Source of the DNA: Eledone cirrhosa
Taxonomy: Eukaryota
NCBI GenBank assembly: GCA_964016885.1
Contig: OZ024766.1
Coordinates: forward strand, 7,626,001-7,690,000
Direction of reading: 5' to 3'
Length of the DNA: 64,000 bases
Each line of letters opens with the position of its first letter. Position 1 is the first letter of the stretch. Below are positions 50,404 to 59,905 of this stretch, piece after piece. Below the pieces are notes generated by a model. That model saw only the letters and a list, made by a program, of their open reading frames with translations. It was not told the origin of the DNA and ran no database searches. Both the position numbers and the translations under genes were made by a program.

Positions 50404-53360
50404 ATGTTATGTGAGATATTATGTGAGGTAAAGCCTTTACTGTGAAAATACAATAGTATATATAGAGTAATGTAAATGTTATGTGAGATATTATGTGAGG
50501 TAAAGCCTTTACTGTGAAAATACAATAGTATATATAGAGTAATGTAAATATTATGTGAGGTATTATGTGAGGTAAAGCCTTTACTGTGAAAATACAATAG
50601 TATATATAGAGTAATGTAAATGTTATGTGAGATATTATGTGAGGTAAAGCCTTTACTGTGAAAATACAATAGTAAATATAGAGTAATGTAAATGTTATGT
50701 GAGATATTATGTGAGGTAAAGCCTTTACTGTGAAAATACAATAGTATATATAGAGTAATGTAAATGTTATGTGAGATATTATGTGAGGTAAAGCCTTTAC
50801 TGTGAAAATACAATAGTATATATAGAGTAATGTAAATGTTATGTGAGATATTATGTGAGGTAAAGCCTTTACTGTCACAATACAATAGTATATATAGAGT
50901 AATGTAAATGTTATGTGAGATATTATGTGAGGTAAAGCCTTTACTGTGAAAATACAATAGTATATATAGAGTAATGTAAATGTTATGTGAGATATTATGT
51001 GAGGTAAAGCCTTTACTGTGAAAATACAATAGTTTATATAGAGTAATGTAAATGTTATGTGAGATATTATGTGAGGTAAAGCCTTTACTGTGAAAATACA
51101 ATAGTATATATAGAGTAATGTAAATGTTATGTGAGGTATTATGTGAGGTAAAGCCTTTACTGTGAAAATACAATAGTTTATATAGAGTAATGTAAATGTT
51201 ATGTGAGATATTATGTGAGGTAAAGCCTTTACTGTGAAAATACAATAGTAAATATAGAGTAATGTAAATGTTATGTGAGATATTATGTGAGGTAAAGCCT
51301 TTACTGTGAAAATACAATAGTATATATAGAGTAATGTAAATGTTATGTGAGGTAAAGCCTTTACTGTGAAAATACAATAGTATATATAGAGTTATGTAAA
51401 TGTTATGTGAGATATTATGTGAGGTAAAGCCTTTACTGTGAAAATACAATAGTATATATAGAGTAATGTAAATGTTATGTGAGATATTATGTGAGGTAAA
51501 GCCTTTACTGTGAAAATACAATAGTATATATAGAGTAATGTAAATGTTATGTGAGATATTATGTGAGGTAAAGCCTTTACTGTGAAAATACAATAGTATA
51601 TATAGAGTAATGTAAATGTTATGTGAGGTATTATGTGAGGTAAAGCCTTTACTGTGAAAATACAATAGTATATATAGAGTAATGTAAATGTTATGTGAGG
51701 TAAAGCCTTTACTGTGAAAATACAATAGTATATATAGAGTTATGTAAATGTTATGTGAGATATTATGTGAGGTAAAGCCTTTACTGTGAAAATACAATAG
51801 TATATATAGAGTAATGTAAATGTTATGTGAGATATTATGTGAGGTAAAGCCTTTACTGTGAAAATACAATAGTATATATAGAGTAATGTAAATGTTATGT
51901 GAGATATTATGTGAGGTAAAGCCTTTACTGTGAAAATACAATAGTATATATAGAGTAATGTAAATGTTATGTGAGGTATTATGTGAGGTAAAGCCTTTAC
52001 TGTGAAAATACAATAGTATATATAGAGTAATGTAAATGTTATGTGAGGTAAAGCCTTTACTGTGAAAATACAATAGTATATATAGAGTTATGTAAATGTT
52101 ATGTGAGATATTATGTGAGGTAAAGCCTTTACTGTGAAAATACAATAGTATATATAGAGTAATGTAAATGTTATGTGAGATATTATGTGAGGTAAAGCCT
52201 TTACTGTGAAAATACAATAGTATATATAGAGTAATGTAAATGTTATGTGAGATATTATGTGAGGTAAAGCCTTTACTGTGAAAATACAATAGTATATATA
52301 GAGTAATGTAAATGTTATGTGAGGTATTATGTGAGGTAAAGCCTTTACTGTGAAAATACAATAGTATATATAGAGTAATGTAAATGTTATGTGAGATATT
52401 ATGTGAGGTAAAGCCTTTACTGTGAAAATACAATAGTTTATATAGAGTAATGTAAATGTTATGTGAGATATTATGTGAGGTAAAGCCTTTACTGTGAAAA
52501 TACAATAGTATATATAGAGTAATGTAAATGTTATGTGAGGTATTATGTGAGGTAAAGCCTTTACTGTGAAAATACAATAGTTTATATAGAGTAATGTAAA
52601 TGTTATGTGAGATATTATGTGAGGTAAAGCCTTTACTGTGAAAATACAATAGTAAATATAGAGTAATGTAAATGTTATGTGAGATATTATGTGAGGTAAA
52701 GCCTTTACTGTGAAAATACAATAGTATATATAGAGTAATGTAAATGTTATGTGAGGTAAAGCCTTTACTGTGAAAATACAATAGTATATATAGAGTTATG
52801 TAAATGTTATGTGAGATATTATGTGAGGTAAAGCCTTTACTGTGAAAATACAATAGTATATATAGAGTAATGTAAATGTTATGTGAGATATTATGTGAGG
52901 TAAAGCCTTTACTGTGAAAATACAATAGTATATATAGAGTAATGTAAATGTTATGTGAGATATTATGTGAGGTAAAGCCTTTACTGTGAAAATACAATAG
53001 TATATATAGAGTAATGTAAATGTTATGTGAGATATTATGTGAGGTAAAGCCTTTACTGTGAAAATACAATAGTATATATAGAGTTATGTAAATGTTATGT
53101 GAGGTAAAGCCTTTACTGTGAAAATACAATAGTATATATAGAGTTATGTAAATGTTATGTGAGATATTATGTGAGGTAAAGCCTTTACTGTGAAAATACA
53201 ATAGTATATATAGAGTAATGTAAATGTTATGTGAGATATTATGTGAGGTAAAGCCTTTACTGTGAAAATACAATAGTATATATAGAGTAATGTAAATGTT
53301 ATGTGAGATATTATGTGAGGTAAAGCCTTTACTGTGAAAATACAATAGTATATATAGAGT
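50404..53360. repeat. 72-bp minisatellite, middle segment (about 42 units, some 60-bp variants)
   Basis: Unit tgtgaggtaaagcctttactgtgaaaatacaatagtatatatagagtaatgtaaatgttatgtgagatatta. Confidence 0.96.
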
Positions 53361-53597
53361 GGTTTCTTTATTTGCCACTAGGGCACAAAAGGTAGGGACA
53401 GATACAAGGGGGGAAGTTTACATATAATTAACGAGTACAAAAATATAACAATGAAATAACAACAACAAACGAAGTCCTCAATAGGGAGGGGGCATTAACA
53501 TGGGTCGCACACACCCCGGAAAAAATGTGTAACCCTTCTCCTCAGGAGCACAAAGAGTAGGTGCTTCCCTCGTCTCCGCTTTTTCCTCTTCTTTCAC

Positions 53598-56500
53598 CTA
53601 CAGGCTGATATAGAGAGAAGACCCATTCACTCTGGCCATTCTCCCTACTTTCACCCACCTTTCATAAAACTTGCTGGGGTAGAGCACCTCTCTCTCCATT
53701 CTGATCCTTCTTTTAAAATGGTATTTGAAAAAGGGGACCAGTTGTTGGCCGGAGAGAAAGGTGTCTGACCTCAGCCCTTTCAGCCTCGTCCACCATACAA
53801 CTTCTTTAGCCATGGCTACCACACAGAGAAAAACCGCCTCTCCTTCGTTTTTGAAAGGGGGGGGGGGCGGTTTGATTGTGACAATGGACTCGGTGGTCAA
53901 CCGGATTGGTCCCACCCTCGACAGTAGTCGTTCCACATAGCCCCACAGGTCAGCAATGCCTGGGCAGTGTACGAATGCGTGCGCAACGGTTTCGTCATTA
54001 TGCACGCATCTCGGACAGATCTTATTCAAAGGATCTCTACCCAGGCTCCCATGCCTGTGGAGCTTGTCTCGAACGGGTAGAGCCCCTCGGTAGCACTGCC
54101 AAGCCAGGGACTTTTGGAAGTTGTCCATCGGTCCAGGGCCAAACGTCCTACCGAACAGACTGGCCAGTTCATCTTCCTCCATGCCTAGAGCTTCTCCGAG
54201 AGCATCGTCGCACCTGCTGCGTACCAACCCTCTATAGAATGTCGAGGTGGAGTCTCCACTGATTGCCGGGTCCGCTTTCCAGAGGGCCGTGAGCGCCTGG
54301 GCACATTCAATGTGCCAGTCGCCCACTTTTCTCGGTCTTTGCTTGACCCAGGATTGCAGCTCGGTGAGCGAGACGAGTCTGGGAAAGGCTCGCCTCACAA
54401 ACGGGGCCCACACCGGTTGACCGGTGAGGAATACCTGGAGGTGCCGTAGCCTTAATGCGTGTTTACGCATCTGTAGCCACGGCATCCCCAGCCCTCCTTT
54501 CGAAGGGTGTTGACAGCAGATGGATCTCCTCACCAAAGGGGTCCGCTTGTTCCAAAGAAATTGGAACAGCGCGCACTCCATTTTGGCGAGTCTTTTCACT
54601 GGGCAAGGCACGACGGTCAAGCGGTAGTAGATGACGGATGCTATATAAGTATTCGCCACCTCCGCTCGACCTTTCAGGGATAGTTTGCACTGGGCCCACT
54701 TCTGGGTGAGTGCAAACACCCTGGCCGTTACCTCGTTCCAGTTTTTCTCCACCTGGAGGTCTGGTCCGAACCAGACCCCAAGCAGCTTCACCGGGCCCTC
54801 CGTCCAGCGTCCGACGACGTCGTTGGAGGGCATCGGTTTGCCTCTCCATGTTCCGAGTTGCAAACCGACGGACTTGTCCCGGTTCAGCTTGGCTCCTGTA
54901 AACCTTTCATATTCCTCCAGTAAGGTGCCGATCTCACCGATTTGCGAGGTTTTCGACACCATTACTGTCACGTCATCGGCGTAGGCCGACGCCGCTTTCT
55001 GCAATCCCGGTTCCAAAGGGATGCCCTGCAACCGCTCCAACTTCCGCAGTAGTGGCTCAAGAGCCAGCACATACAGTAGGGAGGAGAGAGGGCATCCCTG
55101 TCGGATGGATCGCATGATTTGGAACGGCTCCGAGAGGTGGCCGTTCACCTTGACCCTTGAGCAGACGTTGCTGCTGTGCATCGCAGCAATCCAACCCCTG
55201 AAAACGGGTCCGAAGCCTGCCGCCGCGAGCACCGCATCCAGGTAACGATGGTCAACCCTATCGAAAGCTTTAGATTGATCCAAGTTGATCAGGGCCCCAC
55301 CAAAGCCGGGTTCATTCCCTACCCTCTCTATGATGTATCGCATAAGGTGGAGATTGTCGTGAATGGACCTGGACGGGATTGCGCATGTCTGCGCTTCTCC
55401 CACCAGGTTTCCAACGACAAGCGCCAACCTCTTCGCTAACACCTTGGCCAAAATCTTTAACTCTGTATTTAGCAGAGTTATGGGCCTGAAGTTACTTATG
55501 TCATCCCCCTTGTTCTCATCCTTCCTCACCAGCGTAACTACGCCCTTGGTCACAGAACTGGGAATTCTCCCGTTCTGCTGCCAGTTGCAGTAGACCGCTT
55601 CGAGGATATCGGAGAACAAGTCCGGCATCGCTACATATAGCTCGTATGGTAGACCATCGAGACCCGGGGATTTGCGTTTGCCGCATTGGCTCAGCGCCGC
55701 CCCTATCTCAGCAGCTGAAATCGTCCTTTCGCAGGACTTCGCCTCCGCGTCCGAGAGGCGCGGCAGACCGTCGAGGTATGGATTGAAATCCATAGTCTCA
55801 CCCGGCGCGCCGCCCCTCTCGAACAGTCGTGCAAAGTGCCGCTGAAAGGCCGCACACATCTGCCCAGGTTCAAGGATCACACGCCCATCCTGGTCCTTCA
55901 AAGACCGAATCGTGGACTTGTTCCCACTTTTTGCCTCTGTCACTCGGGCCCAGCTTACAGCTTTGGCTCCCTCATTACCCAGAGCACGTATTTTACTCCT
56001 GACAACGCAGCCTTCATGCTTCACCTCAAAGAACTGGTCTAAGGCCATTCTTGATGCCAGCACGCCGGCTACATTGCCACTCCTAATCGCCTCTTCTACT
56101 CTATCTACTAATTCCCTTTCCGTCTTGTTCCTATCCCTTGCTAATTCCTGACTAAAACCTATCGATTCTATTCTAATTGCTCTCTTAAGAGAGCTCCACC
56201 ACCTGTTGTTGACAATTGCCCCTGTCAAATTCTGCTTAACTAACGTGCTAATCCGTTTACTGTAAGCTTTGCTTCTCGGTAAGGACAAGTTCAGCTTCCA
56301 GTAACCGGGTCCCTGTCTATGGGTTCTATCAAGGTTGGTTATGCAGGTCACTAACTTGTGATCCGAATAGTCAACCATGAACATTTTTGGACAGCTAAAT
56401 GTGTCCCTATCGTTCTCTCTAACTAGGACCCTATCTAGGTACGACCTAGATGTTCCACTGCGATTGGTCCACGTCCATAGTGGTACAGTCGGAAAATCTA

Positions 56501-57038
56501 GTCGATATCTATCGGCCAGGTCAAATCGGCCGATTAACCTTTTGAGGCTTTTACACCCCCCTCTATTGGCACATGCCCCTACATAGTCCCAACGTGCATC
56601 CAGGATACCATTCCAGTCCCCCACTAAAAGCAAGGAGCGGGACGTTCCCAGAAAAGTTTCCAGACGTTGGAAGTATTCCGGCCGCGCTGCCCAAAAAGGG
56701 GCGTACACAGCTATTAGTCTAAGGGCTCCACTTTCACTACTGCCGACGTCTAAAACCACCAGTCGACCCTCCGGGTCCAGGTGCACCTTCTGTATGGCGA
56801 GGCCCAGGTGTTTTCGCAGCAGAACGACAACTCCACCCCCACCCCCCGGTTGACAGAGAGATGCGAAGATCTCAAAGTCGTCGGAGAGGGGCGCCAGTTG
56901 GTGCTCGCTGCTGATCCTGGACTCGCAAATAGCCATTACATCCATTCTATGTGACCTGAGATCGTTTAAAAGTTTGCCTTGTTTCCAAGACAGTCCCAGG
57001 CCACGTACATTCAGAAACCCAACTCTTATATCAGCCAT
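53598..57038 (-). CDS. Tx1 ORF2 (1146 aa)
   Basis: All EN, RT and CCHC motifs intact. Confidence 0.96.
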   Translation of the reverse strand: MADIRVGFLNVRGLGLSWKQGKLLNDLRSHRMDVMAICESRISSEHQLAPLSDDFEIFASLCQPGGGGGVVVLLRKHLGLAIQKVHLDPEGRLVVLDVGSSESGALRLIAVYAPFWAARPEYFQRLETFLGTSRSLLLVGDWNGILDARWDYVGACANRGGCKSLKRLIGRFDLADRYRLDFPTVPLWTWTNRSGTSRSYLDRVLVRENDRDTFSCPKMFMVDYSDHKLVTCITNLDRTHRQGPGYWKLNLSLPRSKAYSKRISTLVKQNLTGAIVNNRWWSSLKRAIRIESIGFSQELARDRNKTERELVDRVEEAIRSGNVAGVLASRMALDQFFEVKHEGCVVRSKIRALGNEGAKAVSWARVTEAKSGNKSTIRSLKDQDGRVILEPGQMCAAFQRHFARLFERGGAPGETMDFNPYLDGLPRLSDAEAKSCERTISAAEIGAALSQCGKRKSPGLDGLPYELYVAMPDLFSDILEAVYCNWQQNGRIPSSVTKGVVTLVRKDENKGDDISNFRPITLLNTELKILAKVLAKRLALVVGNLVGEAQTCAIPSRSIHDNLHLMRYIIERVGNEPGFGGALINLDQSKAFDRVDHRYLDAVLAAAGFGPVFRGWIAAMHSSNVCSRVKVNGHLSEPFQIMRSIRQGCPLSSLLYVLALEPLLRKLERLQGIPLEPGLQKAASAYADDVTVMVSKTSQIGEIGTLLEEYERFTGAKLNRDKSVGLQLGTWRGKPMPSNDVVGRWTEGPVKLLGVWFGPDLQVEKNWNEVTARVFALTQKWAQCKLSLKGRAEVANTYIASVIYYRLTVVPCPVKRLAKMECALFQFLWNKRTPLVRRSICCQHPSKGGLGMPWLQMRKHALRLRHLQVFLTGQPVWAPFVRRAFPRLVSLTELQSWVKQRPRKVGDWHIECAQALTALWKADPAISGDSTSTFYRGLVRSRCDDALGEALGMEEDELASLFGRTFGPGPMDNFQKSLAWQCYRGALPVRDKLHRHGSLGRDPLNKICPRCVHNDETVAHAFVHCPGIADLWGYVERLLSRVGPIRLTTESIVTIKPPPPPFKNEGEAVFLCVVAMAKEVVWWTRLKGLRSDTFLSGQQLVPFFKYHFKRRIRMEREVLYPSKFYERWVKVGRMARVNGSSLYISL

Positions 57039-57059
57039 GTTGGTTAAAAGAGGAAGGAC

Positions 57060-58787
57060 CTACCTGTTCGGCTCCTGAGGAGCAGGTTGCACAATATCCA
57101 TGGGCGTATTGGAGGGGTTGTTTGGTGGGGTGTTGTTCTGTGGTGGAGTGGGGGTGTTTGGTGAGGTGTGGGTGGGGAAACGTTTCAAGAGGACGCGGTT
57201 ATAGGGTCGAGTACATGTTTTCCCCACGTCCTCAGGAAAGTTCTCTCTTAGTTTTGCATAGGTGTCCATTGGGAGTCTTATCATTTTTAAATGCGGTTTG
57301 TTGGCCGCGCTTGCAAAGAATTGCCCTTCAGTTTCCACCAAAGGGTCTTTGTGTATTGTTTTTACTAGTTCTTTGTTATTTGTGTTAATGTATGTATACT
57401 GTTTTATTTGTGTTGTGTTTGTTTGTTGTTCTTGTGTGTGCTTACGTTTTGTTGTATGTGTTATGTTTTGGGGTGGGGCGGATTTTGTTTGTTCTGTTTG
57501 TTTTGTTTTTGTTGGTGGTTGTGTGTTTGTTTCGTTTATGTTCGAGTGGTGCTTTCTTTTTTTCCTTTTTACAGGTTGGAAGGGTTCCCCCTCTTCGTCA
57601 CTAGGTGCCGTTTCCGCTGGGTCCTCGTCCGTGCTGTCGGGTAGTGGTGTATTTTGGGGTTTTGTTGTATTTGTGTGTGTTTTGGGAGTTGTTTTGGGTG
57701 GGGCCGTGTCTTGTGTTATTTTTCCCTGTTGTTTTTGTTGTTGTTGTGGTGGTGGTGGTGGAGGTGGTGGTGGTGGTGGTGGTGGCGGTGGTGGTGTGTG
57801 GGGTGTAGGCAAAAGAGCCTTTTTTTTTGTCAATTGAGGACAAGCAGCCCTTAGATGACCCCTGCTTGAACAGTAGTAACATATGGGCCTCCTACCCTCG
57901 GCTGAAATATATATAAATGTTTCTCCATCGAGGGACACCCTCTGTGGTATTCTAGCGATTCGTTCTGGTCTCATTTGGACCAGAACCTCCACGCTCAAAC
58001 CGCCGAAAACGTCTGTGGTGACTTCTCCTACTGAGAGGATTCCGTCCTCGTCTTCTAAAAATCCTGTTAGTACCCAGGAAATGCATGCATTTGGCCGGAT
58101 TCCGGAGACCCTTATCTTCTGCGTTCTTTTCCCTAAATATGTGGGGAAAAATGTATATATCTTGGAAACAATTGGTGCCACAGAGTATTTCCTGGCTGTC
58201 AATTGATCCTTCATTAGGACCGTTATATTCCCATAGAGTGGCCCTTTTTGTATGAACGATATATCACTCCACACATTTTTTAGGACCAGCTCAATCTCTT
58301 TTTGGGATAATTGAGTTGGTTTCCTTGTTATGTTGGAAATTGTTCTGAAAGATATCGTTCTTAGCGTCGTGTCTCTTTTGATTTCTTGTGGGGAGGTGAT
58401 TGTGAAGTCTCCTCCTTCTTTGAAAGTTACATACTGTTTCGCTTCCTTCATCTTTTCTCTCAGAGTTGTAATGTCCAGTTGCTTGCAGGTTTGTGTTTTC
58501 CGGACCGCCTGTGCAAAGGAGGTACCAGTAGTGGGTTCACTTTGTTTGGTGTTATCGTTATTTTTTCCTTGATTGCTGTTATTGTCGTTGATGTTTTTGT
58601 CTGCGTTTATGTGACTTTCTGGGTTTTCACCCATTTCTACAAATTTTTCTTTTAATTCCGTGTTCCATGTTTCTTTTGCAGAAGTGAGGAGGGAAGACTT
58701 AGAGCCTTGTGCTTCTAGCTTCTCTGTATCACCTTTCTTAGGGGGCGTGGCTTTCACGTTAGGATGAGATGTGAAAATTCCGTCCAT
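57060..58787 (-). CDS. Tx1 ORF1 (575 aa from the first ATG)
   Basis: As copy 1, with an in-frame 15-bp deletion. Confidence 0.9.
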   Translation of the reverse strand: MDGIFTSHPNVKATPPKKGDTEKLEAQGSKSSLLTSAKETWNTELKEKFVEMGENPESHINADKNINDNNSNQGKNNDNTKQSEPTTGTSFAQAVRKTQTCKQLDITTLREKMKEAKQYVTFKEGGDFTITSPQEIKRDTTLRTISFRTISNITRKPTQLSQKEIELVLKNVWSDISFIQKGPLYGNITVLMKDQLTARKYSVAPIVSKIYTFFPTYLGKRTQKIRVSGIRPNACISWVLTGFLEDEDGILSVGEVTTDVFGGLSVEVLVQMRPERIARIPQRVSLDGETFIYISAEGRRPICYYCSSRGHLRAACPQLTKKKALLPTPHTPPPPPPPPPPPPPPPPQQQQKQQGKITQDTAPPKTTPKTHTNTTKPQNTPLPDSTDEDPAETAPSDEEGEPFQPVKRKKRKHHSNINETNTQPPTKTKQTEQTKSAPPQNITHTTKRKHTQEQQTNTTQIKQYTYINTNNKELVKTIHKDPLVETEGQFFASAANKPHLKMIRLPMDTYAKLRENFPEDVGKTCTRPYNRVLLKRFPTHTSPNTPTPPQNNTPPNNPSNTPMDIVQPAPQEPNR

Positions 58788-58999
58788 TTCTATTAGTTTG
58801 CCGTAATAAATTTTTAACTGGAAAATTCGCCCCAAAAAGGGGCGAAAATAAATAAACTCAAAGTTTGACGACCAAGGCAAGGGGTTAACGTATATTACAG
58901 TATAAAAAAAATTAATCAAAACTCACTTTTTGAGTAAGTAAATCCGACTCGGTAGCCGAGCTTGTTCACACACGTCAACACACGTCTCTCGTATACGAG

Positions 59000-59866
59000 A
59001 TGTTATGTGAGATATTATGTGAGGTAAAGCCTTTACTGTGAAAATACAATAGTATATATAGAGTAATGTAAATGTTATGTGAGATATTATGTGAGGTAAA
59101 GCCTTTACTGTGAAAATACAATAGTATATATAGAGTAATGTAAATGTTATGTGAGATATTATGTGAGGTAAAGCCTTTACTGTGAAAATACAATAGTATA
59201 TATAGAGTAATGTAAATGTTATGTGAGATATTATGTGAGGTAAAGCCTTTACTGTGAAAATACAATAGTATATATAGAGTAATGTAAATGTTATGTGAGA
59301 TATTATGTGAGGTAAAGCCTTTACTGTGAAAATACAATAGTATATATAGAGTAATGTAAATGTTATGTGAGATATTATGTGAGGTAAAGCCTTTACTGTG
59401 AAAATACAATAGTATATATAGAGTAATGTAAATGTTATGTGAGATATTATGTGAGGTAAAGCCTGTACTGTGACAATACAATAGTATATATAGAGTAATG
59501 TAGATGTTATGTGAGATATTATGTGAGGTAAAGCCTTTACTGTGAAAATACAATAGTATATATAGAGTAATGTAAATGTTATGTGAGATATTATGTGAGG
59601 TAAAGCCTTTACTGTGAAAATACAATAGTATATATAGAGTAATGTAAATGCTATGTGAGATATTATGTGAGGTAAAGCCTTTACTGTAAAAATACAATAG
59701 TATATATAGAGTAATGTAAATGTTATGTGAGATATTATGTGAGGTAAAGCCTTTACTGTAAAAATACAATAGTATATATAGAGTAATGTAAATGTGATGT
59801 GAGGTATTATGTGAGGTAAAGCCTTTACTGTGACAATACAATAGTATATATAGAGTAATGTAAATG
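59000..59866. repeat. 72-bp minisatellite, right segment (about 12 units) running into the MITE right TIR
   Basis: Seen directly. Confidence 0.95.
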
Positions 59867-59905
59867 CTAAAGGGTTAACAGATCTTTCTTAAAATTATTT
59901 TACAG

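Larger units (their letters stand above)
53361..58999 (-). mobile_element. Full-length Tx1/L1-clade non-LTR retrotransposon, copy 2 (5639 bp)
   Basis: Same structure and junctions as copy 1; about 8 substitutions and 3 indels seen by eye. Confidence 0.95.
44365..59874. mobile_element. Composite element: expanded TTAA MITE hosting two Tx1 LINEs
   Basis: 44365-44490 is homologous to the MITE interior at 5754-5880 (left TIR lost). The right end is a perfect TIR, TAAATGCTAAAGGG-TTAA, at 59861-59878. Confidence 0.75.

Noticed and set aside
50379-53378. 999-aa repetitive ORF (YFHSKGFTSHNISHNIYITLYILL)n and similar ORFs at 5856, 29940 and 58975
   Set aside because: A by-product of a stop-free 72-bp unit divisible by three; no coding evidence.
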